A stretch of DNA of 64,000 bases from Bugula neritina (taxonomy: Eukaryota > Animalia > Bryozoa): positions 124,001 through 188,000 of the forward strand of contig OZ037766.1 of assembly GCA_964035545.1 (NCBI GenBank), read 5' to 3'. Of this stretch, positions 42,201-54,589 are shown piece by piece. The notes under the pieces were generated by a model. That model searched no databases and was not told the DNA's origin. It saw only the letters and a program-made list of their open reading frames with translations. The position numbers and the translations under genes are program-made. Within the stretch, counting starts at the first letter, position 1; every line of letters starts with the position of its first letter.

Positions 42201-45200
42201 TGGTAATTCCGTTTCCTAATATGCAGCAACAGCTGGAAATCCCCACCCAGCTCAACAAACTCTATTCTACCCCCTAGTTTTACCTTATCTTACTCCTAAC
42301 CTACTCTATTCTACCCCCTAGCTTTACCTTATCTTACTCCTAACCTACTCTATTCTACCCCCTAGCTTTACCTTACCTTACTCCTTACCTACTCTATTCT
42401 ACCCCCTAGCTTTACCTTATCTTACTCCTAACCTACTCTACTCTACCCCCTAGCTTTACCTTACCTTACTCCTAACCTACTCTACTCTACCCCCTAGTTT
42501 TCAACTACCCTATTTCACCCTGACATATAACACACTGACCCCTACTATCCCACAAGCACCAGCCAGTCTTGTGTCCCCCTCAGCAATGAACTGGTGAGGC
42601 CAACTGCTTTGTTTAAGTAACAACCTAATCAGCCAATCAGAAGCTTGTTTACAATCTAGTGAGTTGCGTGATTCAATAGTACATCTGTACTTGTACAGTG
42701 TCACAGTACTACAGTGTAACAGTACTACAGTGTCACAGTACTACAGTGTCACAGTACTACAGTGTCACAGTACTACAGTGTAACAGTACTACAGTGTCAC
42801 AGTACTACAGTGTAACAGTACTACAGTGTCACAGTACTACAGTGTCACAGTACTACAGTGTAACAGTACTACAGTGTCACAGTACTACAGTGTCACAGTA
42901 CTACAGTGTAACAGTACTACAGTGTAACAGTACTACAGTATCACAGTACTACAGTGTCACAGTACTACAGTGTAACAGTACTACAGGGTAACAGTACTAC
43001 AGTGTCACAGTACTACAGTGTGACAGTACTACAGTGTCACAGTACTACAGTGTAACAGTACTACAGTGTCACAGTACTACAGTGTAACAGTACTACAGGG
43101 TAACAGTACTACAGTATCACAGTACTACAGTGTCACAGTACTACAGTGTAACAGTACTACAGGGTAACAGTACTACAGTATCACAGTACTACAGTGTCAC
43201 AGTACTACAGTGTCACAGTACTACAGGGTAACAGTAATACAGTGTCACAGTACTACAGTGTCACAGGACTACAGTGTCACAGTACTACAGGGTAACAGTA
43301 ATACAGTGTCACAGTACTACAGTGTAACAGTACTACAGGGTAACAGTACTACAGTATCACAGTACTACAGTGTCACAGTACTACAGTGTCACAGTACTAC
43401 AGTGTCACAGTACTACAGGGTAACAGTACTACAGTATCACAGTACTACAGTGTCACAGTACTACAGTGTCACAGTACTACAGTGTCACAGTACTACAGTG
43501 TCACAGTACTACAGTGTGACAATGTGATATATATTATAACAAGGGGAGGTAACACACAGGTTGTAACATAGCTGAGTACATAGTTCTGTCTCCATATAAT
43601 AATCACGTGGATTGAATGAAATTAAAATCTCTTGACGAATAATAAAATCATATACCAGAAAATAAGGAATATTTATGGAAAGAAATACTGATAGACCAAA
43701 AGACAACAGAGCCAATATTTATCCAATAGAATTGACCTGAGTGAATGATAAACTTATCCCAGCAAAAGGAAGGGAAATCTAAATAAATGCAATATGTGCA
43801 TTACAGAGCAAAAAATCTTAGTAAAACACAGGTTAGCTAGAAGTCTGGAAACACAAACAGCTTTGTGATGGTAGAATCTAGCAAAATAAATGTAAATGAG
43901 GCTAAAAATAGCGAAACATTACATCACTTTCCTTTCACTTTGCATTAATATCGTATTATGACTAACAGCTCCTAGCTTCAACTATATATTATACTCTCTC
44001 ACCTTATCATACTCTATACTCTCTCACCTTATCATACTCTATACTCTCTCACCTTATCATACTGTATACTCTCTCACCTTATCATACTGTATACTCTCTC
44101 ACCTTATCATACTGTATACTCTCTCACCTTATCATACTGTATACTCTCTCACCTTATCATACTGTATACTCTCTCACCTTATCATACTGTATACTCTCTC
44201 ACCTTATCATACTGTATACTCTCTCACCTTATCATACTCTATACTCTCTCACCTTATCATACTGTATACTCTCTCACCTTATCATACTCTATACTCTCTC
44301 ACCTTATCATACTCTATACTCTCTCACCTTATCATACTCTATACTCTCTCACCTTATCATACTCTATACTCTCTCACCTTATCATACTGTATACTCTCTC
44401 ACCTTATCATACTGTATACTCTCTCACCTTATCATACTGTATACTCTCTCACCTTATCATACTCTATACTCTCTCACCTTATCATACTGTATACTCTCTC
44501 ACCTTATCATACTGTATACTCTCTCACCTTATCATACTCTATACTCTCTCACCTTATCATACTCTATACTCTCTCACCTTATCATACTGTATACTCTCTC
44601 ACCTTATCATACTCTATACTCTCTCACCTTATCATACTGTATACTCTCTCACCTTATCATACTGTATACTCTCTCACCTTATCATACTGTATACTCTCTC
44701 ACCTTATCATACTGTATACTCTCTCACCTTATCATACTGTATACTCTCTCACCTTATCATACTGTATACTCTCTCACCTTATCATACTCTATACTCTCTC
44801 ACCTTATCATACTGTATACTCTCTCACCTTATCATACTCTATACTCTCTCACCTTATCATACTCTATACTCTCTCACCTTATCATACTCTATACTCTCTC
44901 ACCTTATCATACTGTATACTCTCTCACCTTATCATACTCTATACTCTCTCACCTTATCATACTGTATACTCTCTCACCTTATCATACTGTATACTCTCTC
45001 ACCTTATCATACTCTATACTCTCTCACCTTATCATACTCTATACTCTCTCACCTTATCATACTGTATACTCTCTCACCTTGTCATACTGTATACTCTCTC
45101 ACCTTATCATACTGTATACTCTCTCACCTTATCATACTGTATACTCTCTCACCTTGTCATACTGTATACTCTCTCACCTTATCATACTGTATACTCTCTC

Positions 45201-48200
45201 ACCTTATCATACTGTATACTCTCTCACCTTATCATACTGTATACTCTCTCACCTTATCATACTGTATACTCTCTCACCTTATCATACTGTATACTCTCTC
45301 ACCTTATCATACTGTATACTCTCTCACCTTATCATACTGTATACTCTCTCACCTTATCATACTGTATACTCTCTCACCTTATCATACTCTATACTCTCTC
45401 ACCTTATCATACTCTATACTCTCTCACCTTATCATACTCTATACTCTCTCACCTTATCATACTGTATACTCTCTCACCTTATCATACTGTATACTCTCTC
45501 ACCTTATCATACTGTATACTCTCTCACCTTATCATACTCTATACTCTCTCACCTTATCATACTCTCTCACCTTATCATACTGTATACTCTCTCACCTTAT
45601 CATACTGTATACTCTCTCACCTTATCATACTGTATACTCTCTCACCTTATCATACTGTATACTCTCTCACCTTATCATACTCTATACTCTCTCACCTTAT
45701 CATACTGTATACTCTCTCACCTTATCATACTCTATACTCTCTCACCTTATCATACTCTATACTCTCTCACCTTATCATACTGTATACTCTCTCACCTTAT
45801 CATACTCTATACTCTCTCACCTTATCATACTGTATACTCTCTCACCTTATCATACTCTATACTCTCTCACCTTATCATACTGTATACTCTCTCACCTTAT
45901 CATACTGTATACTCTCTCACCTTATCATACTGTATACTCTCTCACCTTATCATACTGTATACTCTCTCACCTTGTCATACTGTATACTCTCTCACCTTAT
46001 CATACTCTACACTCTCTCACCTTATCATACTCTATACTCTCTCACCTTATCATACTCTCTCACCTTATCATACTGTATACTCTCTCACCTTGTCATACTG
46101 TATACTCTCTCACCTTATCATACTGTATACTCTCTCACCTTATCATACTCTATACTCTCTCACCTTATCATACTGTATACTCTCTCACCTTATCATACTC
46201 TATACTCTCTCACCTTATCATACTGTATACTCTCTCACCTTATCATACTGTATACTCTCTCACCTTATCATACTGTATACTCTCTCACCTTATCATACTG
46301 TATACTCTCTCACCTTGTCATACTGTATACTCTCTCACCTTATCATACTCTACACTCTCTCACCTTATCATACTCTATACTCTCTCACCTTATCATACTC
46401 TCTCACCTTATCATACTGTATACTCTCTCACCTTATCATACTGTATACTCTCTCACCTTATCATACTCTATACTCTCTCACCTTATCATACTGTATACTC
46501 TCTCACCTTATCATACTGTATACTCTCTCACCTTATCATACTGTATACTCTCTCACCTTATCATACTGTATACTCTCTCACCTTGTCATACTGTATACTC
46601 TCTCACCTTATCATACTCTACACTCTCTCACCTTATCATACTGTATACTCTCTCACCTTATCATACTCTATACTCTCTCACCTTATCATACTGTATACTC
46701 TCTCACCTTATCATACTCTATACTCTCTCACCTTATCATACTGTATACTCTCTCACCTTATCATACTGTATACTCTCTCACCTTATCATACTGTATACTC
46801 TCTCACCTTATCATACTGTATACTCTCTCACCTTGTCATACTGTATACTCTCTCACCTTATCATACTCTACACTCTCTCACCTTATCATACTCTATACTC
46901 TCTCACCTTATCATACTCTCTCACCTTATCATACTGTATACTCTCTCACCTTATCATACTGTATACTCTCTCACCTTATCATACTCTATACTCTCTCACC
47001 TTATCATACTGTATACTCTCTCACCTTATCATACTGTATACTCTCTCACCTTATCATACTGTATACTCTCTCACCTTATCATACTGTATACTCTCTCACC
47101 TTGTCATACTGTATACTCTCTCACCTTATCATACTCTACACTCTCTCACCTTATCATACTGTATACTCTCTCACCTTATCATACTCTCTCACCTTATCAT
47201 ACTGTATACTCTCTCACCTTATCATACTGTATACTCTCTCACCTTATCATACTGTATACTCTCTCACCTTATCATACTGTATACTCTCTCACCTTATCAT
47301 ACTCTATACTCTCTCACCTTATCATACTGTATACTCTCTCACCTTATCATACTCTATACTCTCTCACCTTATCATACTCTATACTCTCTCACCTTATCAT
47401 ACTGTATACTCTCTCACCTTATCATACTCTATACTCTCTCACCTTATCATACTCTATACTCTCTCACCTTATCATACTGTATACTCTCTCACCTTATCAT
47501 ACTCTATACTCTCTCACCTTATCATACTCTATACTCTCTCACCTTATCATACTGTATACTCTCTCACCTTATCATACTGTATACTCTCTCACCTTATCAT
47601 ACTGTATACTCTCTCACCTTATCATACTGTATACTCTCTCACCTTATCATACTCTATACTCTCTCACCTTATCATACTGTATACTCTCTCACCTTATCAT
47701 ACTATATACTCTCTCACCTTATCATACTATATACTCTCTCACCTTATCATACTCTATACTCTCTCACCTTATCATACTGTATACTCTCTCACCTTATCAT
47801 ACTGTATACTCTCTCACCTTATCATACTCTATACTCTCTCACCTTATCATACTGTATACTCTCTCACCTTATCATACTGTATACTCTCTCACCTTATCAT
47901 ACTGTATACTCTCTCACCTTATCATACTCTATACTCTCTCACCTTATCATACTGTATACTCTCTCACCTTATCATACTCTATACTCTCTCACCTTATCAT
48001 ACTGTATACTCTCTCACCTTATCATACTGTATACTCTCTCACCTTATCATACTGTATACTCTCTCACCTTATCATACTCTATACTCTTTCACCTTATCAT
48101 ACTGTATACTCTCTCACCTTATCATACTGTATACTCTCTCACCTTATCATACTCTATACTCTCTCACCTTATCATACTGTATACTCTCTCACCTTATCAT

Positions 48201-51200
48201 ACTCTATACTCTCTCACCTTATCATACTCTATACTCTCTCACCTTATCATACTGTATACTCTCTCACCTTATCATACTGTATACTCTCTCACCTTGTCAT
48301 ACTGTATACTCTCTCACCTTATCATACTGTATACTCTCTCACCTTATCATACTGTATACTCTCTCACCTTATCATACTGTATACTCTCTCACCTTATCAT
48401 ACTGTATACTCTCTCACCTTATCATACTGTATACTCTCTCACCTTATCATACTGTATACTCTCTCACCTTATCATACTGTATACTCTCTCACCTTATCAT
48501 ACTGTATACTCTCTCACCTTATCATACTCTATACTCTCTCACCTTATCATACTCTATACTCTCTCACCTTATCATACTCTATACTCTCTCACCTTATCAT
48601 ACTGTATACTCTCTCACCTTATCATACTGTATACTCTCTCACCTTATCATACTGTATACTCTCTCACCTTATCATACTCTATACTCTCTCACCTTATCAT
48701 ACTGTATACTCTCTCACCTTATCATACTCTATACTCTCTCACCTTATCATACTCTATACTCTCTCACCTTATCATACTCTATACTCTCTCACCTTATCAT
48801 ACTGTATACTCTCTCACCTTATCATACTGTATACTCTCTCACCTTATCATACTCTATACTCTCTCACCTTATCATACTCTATACTCTCTCACCTTATCAT
48901 ACTGTATACTCTCTCACCTTATCATACTGTATACTCTCTCACCTTATCATACTGTATACTCTCTCACCTTATCATACTGTATACTCTCTCACCTTATCAT
49001 ACTGTATACTCTCTCACCTTATCATACTGTATACTCTCTCACCTTGTCATACTGTATACTCTCTCACCTTGTCATATTCCTCGTCCTCGGGGTTGGACAC
49101 GTGTCTCGGGAACTTCTTTCTACTCGGAGAGAAAGGCGTTTTGTTGACGGAGGTGGTGGAAGAGCCGTTGTTCCAGTTAACTGTGCTGTTACTTCCTACC
49201 TCCTCTACAAGAGAATATTATATAATACAGCCACTGTTAGTGCGCATATTGTACCTGAATTACTTCTACAATACTCTACTTCACTGCAACACTAAACCCC
49301 TGATCTTGGAAAGATGCCAGCATCATTCCTGTGATACAAAATATCCTGCAAACAATTTATTTAAACCTTAAAAATTTATCAGAAAAGTATTCAAATAGTT
49401 TGGCAGCCCCTTGTACGCTGAAAAAATAACCAACAGTAATTAAATGCACATCCCTGCTGTTAGCAATAAGACAGCTGGGTGAGATTAGGCAGTTGTGGGA
49501 GAGAGTGAGCAGGAAATGAAACTACCACACTGCATGCTTCCAGGAGAGTAGAGGCAGTGCAATGACAGTGCAGGCAGCGTCAGGGCAGTGCAGGCAGCGT
49601 CAGGGGAGTGTAGACAGTGTCAGGGCAGTGCAGGCAGCGTCAGGGCAGTGGTAAATTAGCAACACAACTTAAACAATGTTTAAATAAATGTGAGTTGTAT
49701 CTTTTCTCTGACTCATATAAAACTGTTTGCCTTACATTTCATTCCATTATGTTACAGACATCTATTACTAGTAATATCTATTTTTAGTAACATATATTCT
49801 TCGAAATTAGCAACATCTGTTATTAGTAAAAAAACAATTGAAAGCTAGCAGTGAGAGTTACTGTTAGTCAGTAGTGACAAAGTGAGAGTTACTGTTAGTC
49901 AGTAGTGACAGAGTGAGAGTTACTGTTAGTCAGTAGTGACAGAGTGAGAGTTACTGTTAGTCAGTAGTGACAGAGTGAGAGTTACTGTTAGTCAGTAGTG
50001 ACAGAGTGAGAGTTACTGTTAGTCAGTAGTGACAGAGTGAGAGTTACTGTTAGTCAGTAGTGACAGAGTGAGAGTTACTGTTAGTCAGTAGTGACAGAGT
50101 GAGAGTTACTGTTAGTCAGTAGTGACAGAGTGAGAGTTACTGTTAGTCAGTAGTGACAGAGTGAGAGTTACTGTTAGTCAGTAGTGACAGAGTGAGAGTT
50201 ACTGTTAGTCAGTAGTGACAGAGTGAGAGTTACTGTTAGTCAGTAGTGACAGAGTGAGAGTTACTGTTAGTCAGTAGTGACAGAGTGAGAGTTACTGTTA
50301 GTCAGTAGTGACAGAGTGAGAGTTACTGTTAGTCAGTAGTGACAGAGTGAGAGTTACTGTTAGTCAGTAGTGACAAAGTGGGAGTTACTGTTAGTCAGTA
50401 GTGACAGAGTGGGAGTATTGTTCTCAGTCAACAAGAGGAGATAATTACTAAATCTGATTACTTGTTTCACAACAAAATAGAATGTAATATGTTAACAGCA
50501 AGCAAGTGGTTCAGGGTCAAAGTTCATAGATAGAAGGGGAGAAAACCCCAACATATCCTGACACTCACCAAAAAACATGTCAATTAAAGCCATTAGAAAC
50601 AGAAATGCGACAATACTTGAAGACGGGTGAGTGTGTGACTGTATAGTAACACACTTTGACTGCAATAAGCTAGAGTCAGTGAACATAACATAACTCTACA
50701 CTGTGTACAGGAAGTATATAAACTCTACACTGTGTACAGGAAGTATATAAACTCTACACTGTGTACAGGAAGTATATAAACTCTACACTGTGTACAGGAA
50801 GTATATAAACTCTACACTGTGTGCAGGAAGTATATAAACTCTACACTGTGTACAGGAAGTATATAAACTCTACACTGTGTACAGGAAGTATATAAACTCT
50901 ACACTGTGTGCAGGAAGTATATAAACTCTACACTGTCTACAGGAAGTATATAAACTCTACACTGTGTACAGGAAGTATATAAACTCTACACTGTGTACAG
51001 GAAGTATATAAACTCTACACTGTGTGCAGGAAGTATATAAACTCTACACTGTCTACAGGAAGTATATAAACTCTACACTGTGTGCAGGAAGTATATAAAC
51101 TCTACACTGTCTACAGGAAGTATATAAACTCTACACTGTGTGCAGGAAGTATATAAACTCTACACTGTGTACAGGAAGTATATAAACTCTACACTGTGTG

Positions 51201-51524
51201 CAGGAAGTATATAAACTCTACACTGTGTGCAGGAAGTATATAAACTCTACACTGTCTACAGGAAGTATATAAACTCTACACTGTGTACAGGAAGTATATA
51301 AACTCTACACTGTGTACAGGAAGTATATAAACTCTACACTGTGTGCAGGAAGTATATAAACTCCACACTGTGTACAGGAAGTATATAAACTCTACACTGT
51401 GTACAGGAAGTATATAAACTCTACACTGTGTACAGGAAGTGATGTAAGCTGAGCGAACTCTCTAACCTGCAGGTGACTTTGAGCTGTTACTTATATCCGA
51501 TAGTCTAATCTTCTTAGAGCTCAT
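25452..51524 (-). CDS. AMPD: AMP deaminase (AMPD2-like), ~810-853 aa; exons 51524-51467, 49204-49068, 41872-41703, [40384-40295], 39829-39676, 39584-39374, [37360-37322], 35464-35245, 34900-34771, 33899-33762, 30183-30121, 29661-29527, 29039-28876, 28766-28640, 27029-26866, 26682-26277, 25607-25452
   Basis: Hallmarks [91 protein letters not shown]. All junctions are GT-AG and the frame is continuous (2562 nt with the bracketed symmetric exons). The two N-terminal exons and bracketed exons are less certain. Confidence 0.96.
25611..26276. repeat. Compound 15-bp + 22-bp minisatellite filling the last AMPD intron from donor to acceptor
   Basis: (acacagtatagtaat)n then (acagagtatagtagagtataat)n; on the sense strand the 22-mer starts with the donor GTATTA. 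Confidence 0.93.
27031..28273. repeat. 20-bp minisatellite (tacagtacttactattacta)n abutting an AMPD acceptor
   Basis: Directly visible; the sense strand contains GTAAGT in most units. Confidence 0.95.
28311..28639 (-). repeat. 13-bp minisatellite of the AMPD donor (GTAAGTTATTATA)n, ~25 copies
   Basis: Starts exactly at intron base 1 (CAT|GTAAGTT, 28640/28639). Confidence 0.93.
29052..29524. repeat. 21-24-bp minisatellite (atatatgatatagtgagtaat)n filling an AMPD intron
   Basis: Begins at the donor (GTGTCATCTTTTATATTACTCGCT x2) and runs to the acceptor. Confidence 0.92.
29697..30131 (-). repeat. 26/28-bp minisatellite (~16 copies) of an AMPD exon/intron junction
   Basis: Sense unit ATACTGTACGTACACTGT|GTAAGTATAT matches exon end GACGTACACTGT|GTAAGT at 30121/30120. 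Confidence 0.95.
30347..31174. repeat. 22-bp minisatellite (tattactacagctatacagata)n
   Basis: Directly visible; lies just upstream of the nested GPCR. Confidence 0.94.
31424..32920 (+). CDS. Orphan rhodopsin-like (class A) GPCR, 322 aa, nested antisense in AMPD intron 30184-33761; exons 31424-31592 and 32121-32920
   Basis: TM1 SGNFFV, TM2 NLMLCD, ECL1 WRFG + C3.25, SVERY, TM6 [10 protein letters not shown]7 NPLVY; phase-1 intron CAG|GTGAG...TCACAG|; 969 nt open. Confidence 0.93.
31664..31792. repeat. 14-bp repeat (gtgagtgacggact)n in the GPCR intron
   Basis: About 9 copies. Confidence 0.88.
33503..33745. repeat. 8-bp repeat (gagtga(c/g)a)n
   Basis: Starts 16 nt from the AMPD donor at 33761. 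Confidence 0.88.
33900..34750. repeat. 12-bp minisatellite (tgtaatatact(g/c))n, ~70 copies, whose last unit forms the AMPD acceptor
   Basis: Sense CAGTATATTACAG|GTTGAC at 33900/33899. Confidence 0.95.
34973..35233. repeat. 16-bp minisatellite (gctagacacgctgtca)n
   Basis: About 16 copies next to the donor at 35244. Confidence 0.93.
35477..36735. repeat. 20-bp minisatellite (tatactgtagtatagtgtaa)n next to an AMPD acceptor
   Basis: Directly visible, ~63 copies. Confidence 0.95.
37381..37735. repeat. 22-bp minisatellite (gttacctgcgctattacacata)n, ~16 copies
   Basis: The AMPD-sense strand carries GCAG|GTAAC in each unit. Confidence 0.93.
37746..38693 (-). mobile_element. 5'-truncated LINE (CR1/L2-group) 3' end: ORF2 C-terminus, 3' UTR and (AAAC)n tail
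   Basis: [36 protein letters not shown] and LWNELP are typical post-YADD motifs; tail AAAATAAAAACAAACAAACAAAC at 37768-37746. Confidence 0.9.
39074..39340. repeat. 15-bp minisatellite (ctacttccacccctg)n
   Basis: About 18 copies near the donor at 39373. Confidence 0.92.
39819..40128 (-). repeat. 25-bp minisatellite (~12 copies) of an AMPD intron/exon acceptor junction; each unit also matches an RFX X-box
   Basis: Sense unit TTACTTGTTTACAG|TGTTGCTATGG; the true acceptor is at 39830/39829; the + strand reads GTAACCATAGCAAC. Confidence 0.94.
40867..41676. repeat. 24-bp minisatellite (tacagtaatatacattatataata)n
   Basis: Directly visible; ends near the donor at 41702. Confidence 0.94.
41893..42092. 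repeat. 27-bp repeat (actgaag(a/g)tgaaatgtgcagaatatac)n x7
   Basis: Next to the acceptor at 41873. Confidence 0.9.
42259..42500. repeat. ~45-bp pyrimidine-rich repeat x5
   Basis: actctattctaccccctagctttaccttatcttactcctaacct repeated. Confidence 0.88.
42693..43520. repeat. 16-bp minisatellite (acagtactacagtgt(c/a))n
   Basis: About 51 copies. Confidence 0.94.
43990..49076 (-). repeat. 5.1-kb satellite, ~200 copies of a 25-bp unit containing the AMPD 5' splice site
   Basis: Sense unit A(C/G)AGTATGA(T/C)AAG|GTGAGAGAGTAT; the true junction is GAATATGACAAG|GTGAGAGAG at 49068/49067. Confidence 0.97.
49850..50416. repeat. 31-bp minisatellite (agagtgagagttactgttagtcagtagtgac)n, ~18 nearly identical copies
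   Basis: Directly visible. Confidence 0.95.
50692..51440. repeat. 29-bp minisatellite (aactctacactgtgtacaggaagtatata)n, ~26 copies
   Basis: Ends ~26 nt from the donor at 51466. Confidence 0.95.
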
Positions 51525-52017
51525 TGCGATACCATAAACCTGCAAAGTATATATTACATGACTACACTGCCACATATGCTACACTCTACAGGAACCCAAC
51601 AATTATGCAATAATATCATACATGAGTGTTAAGTGAGAGATAAATATCATCTTCAAAGTATTTCGATAAGCATAACACTCTCACTCACCGATAAGTGAGA
51701 TGCAATTCTCATATGAAAATTTAATTACTTATTACTAGAATAGAAATTACTAACTAAGAGCAAACATTAATTGAGTGCATACATCAATTTCACTAGACCC
51801 AAATCCTGAAAGTCATTGCAAACCGTTATAACAACAATAACTACAATGAGTAGTAGTATACTATATTTATCCTGATACTCATAGTATATTGATGGTGACT
51901 TTACCCTGGTCCTACGTTATCATTCACATTTAGCATCTTTATCTCAAATACATATCTAGTAAATACTCAAATAGGTTTCACTTTAAAATTGAACCGCAAG
52001 GCTTAAACTTAAAGTTA

Positions 52018-53506
52018 ATAGCCAGATGTCTTGCTCTGATCTACAAAAGTTCCTTAGACACAGGTAAACTGCAAAAACAGTGGAAACTTGCAAATGTCAC
52101 ACCAATACATAAAGGCGGGGACAGTGAATCTCCAAACAACTTTAGGCCCGTATCCCTGACAAGTATTCCCTGTAAAATGATGGAGCACATCGTGCTTCAT
52201 CACCTCAATAAAAAGCTTGACAGTGTGCTTCACCATCGACAGCATGGTTTTAGGAAAGGACTGTCCTGCCAAACTCAACTGTGTGTTACCTACCATGACC
52301 TAGTAAAAGCAGCCGATGAAGGACATACTACCCATGCAGTAGTTATGGATTTCAAAAAGGCTTTTGACAAGGTACCTCACTTTATGTTGCTCCAAAAATT
52401 ACAAGAGATACCGGGTATAAATGGATACCTCCTTAACTGGATACTCGATTTTCTTTCCGACCGACAGCAGTCTGTTGTACTTAGAGGGGCAAGCTCTCAA
52501 AAGTGCCGAGTAACCTCAGGAGTGCCGCAGGGATCTGTGCTAGGCCCAATCCTGTTTTTGTGCTATATAAATGATCTTCCGGATTTGTTGTCATGTAAAG
52601 TCAGCCTCTATGCTGATGACACTCTACTTTACCAAACTGTGAACACCACTAAGGATGCAGAACTATTCCAAACTAACATTAACGCTGTATATGCGTGGTC
52701 TTTAAAATGGAAAATGCCCTTCAATGAACAGAAGTGCCAAGCAATTAATTTTGGTAAGGTAACCCCTATATCACACTACAAACTCGGTACCACATGCCTT
52801 GCGTGGGTACAAAGCACTAAATACCTTGGGGTAACCATCCAGTCAAACCTAAAGTTTGATCAACACATAAATAACAAGTGTACCAAGTCCCGGAAAATTC
52901 TTGGCGGCATCAAGCATTTAATGTATGATGCCCCAAAAGATGCTAAGCTATTGGCTTATACAAGTCTATGTAGGCCTATACTCGATTATGCGGATGTGGT
53001 TTGGGATCCTGCGGCTAGGAGTAAATTGCATGATATAGAGCTGGTCCAGAACAGTGCCATACGATTTATAAGCAATATGAAGGGACGTGCTGACAGTGTT
53101 TCTGAGGCGAGGGATGAGTTAGGACTCCAGTCGCTGGAAGACAGACGAAAAAATCATCGACTGTGTTTGCTGACCCGAATTCTTCAAAATGAGGATCAAC
53201 ACCAGTCTCTATCCAGAGCCTATGACGAAATAATTGAAGGCAGGGAACTTGTAACTGTAACCACTCGAGCGGCTGCCAGAGGAGAGCTTATCTCTATATC
53301 ATCTAGGAAAAACTTATTCCACACTAGTTTTCTACCACGAACAATTCGTGAAATGCGCGGAGAATATAATAACTAATTACAAAACAGCAAATGCTGTAAC
53401 TAGTGCTAACCCTGGTCCAATGTAAGTTTTCACTAGAGGCTTCCCTATAGACTTTCCAGTTGCTGCGGAAGTCCTACCTCAACTGAGGTAATAAACTGAG
53501 GTAATT
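52018..53506 (+). mobile_element. 5'-truncated CR1-group LINE with an uninterrupted reverse transcriptase frame (to 53376) and 3' UTR
   Basis: WKLANVTPIHKGG, NFRPVSLTSIPCKMMEHIV, QHGFRKGLSC, DFKKAFDKVPH, GVPQGSVLGP, YADD, YLGV; the 3' end is a short direct repeat, aactgaggtaat x2. Confidence 0.95.
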
Positions 53507-54000
53507 ATGATTCTACTTAATACTTATCATTAAATTCAACAACTCAATTTAACAGTAAATATGAAGTTAGTACTTAGCTATAAATGATTCTATTAAATTC
53601 AATAATTTTAAATTTTATAAAACTCATAATAAATTAAAATAAAAATATTGATACTAACACTCCTATTTACAGTATTAAGTATAACATTAACATTAACTAT
53701 AAGTATAAGTATAAGTATAACTATAAGTATAAGTCTATAATCTTAAAATAATATTTATGACATAACTATAAGTATACTGTAGGTACATGGCTATTCTCTA
53801 GGGCAAATAAAGGCCAAAGAGTAATTAAACGAAAACTGTAAGCGTTATAGTTATATTAATACTAATACTAATAGTAATACTAATACTAATAGTAATACTA
53901 ATACTAATAGTGTATGTTAATATAATTCGACAAACTCATTTATTATGTTTAAAATTAATGTTCAGCTATATAATCTTCGCGACTAAAGATGTAGACTCAC

Positions 54001-54060
54001 GTAGCTCCTTTAAAAGCAGCGTAAGGATTTTAATACTAAAATCTTACTGACATGTTTTAC
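54001..54060 (-). other. Candidate non-coding first exon of AMPD
   Basis: Strong donor CTAC|GTGAGT at 54001/54000; the ATG exon has its own acceptor (TTTGCAG| at 51540), so an upstream exon is implied. The 5' boundary is unknown. Confidence 0.4.
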
Positions 54061-54070
54061 ATATTTAGAC

Positions 54071-54497
54071 CAGTGTGGTATATTAAGAGTGTTGACTTTA
54101 AACCATGAAAAATCATTATGTCGCTAATGGTACCGCAAGTTTATATAAGTTATAAAGGAAAAATTTTGCCACTTTTGTGATTTTATTTTTTTTTTTATAT
54201 TATGTGTTCATTTTTTTTAGTTTTGTTTATTGGTAAAGTTTTTAAACATATTTTCAATACATATAAAATTTTAAAAAAAATTAAAACTTTATCGTGCACG
54301 TAAATACAAAGCTATAAAGTTTAAGCTTCGCTGTGATTACAATGTGAATATGAATTGAATAATGCTTGCAATAACCATTTTACACAAAACACGTTACAGT
54401 TGCTATAAATGTAAGACTAGTAAATTGGATGCAAATAGGCACGGTAATACTATTTAACTTATGCTATTTTTGAAATTTGTAGTAAATATTCGGCATG

Positions 54498-54589
<92 letters not shown>

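Noticed and set aside
45079-49371. ORFs of 854-1430 aa on the + strand
   Set aside because: Translations of the 25-bp satellite, antisense to an AMPD intron.
49850-51440. 29-31-bp repeats as CRISPR arrays
   Set aside because: Head-to-tail units with no unique spacers, no cas genes, and a spliceosomal eukaryotic context.
52018-53376. RT as a domesticated gene, retron or telomerase-like generator of the repeats
   Set aside because: Ordinary 5'-truncated LINE ORF2 without endonuclease; no sequence link to any array.
54036-54053. ATG at 54053 (-) as the AMPD start
   Set aside because: In-frame TAG after five codons; at most a uORF.
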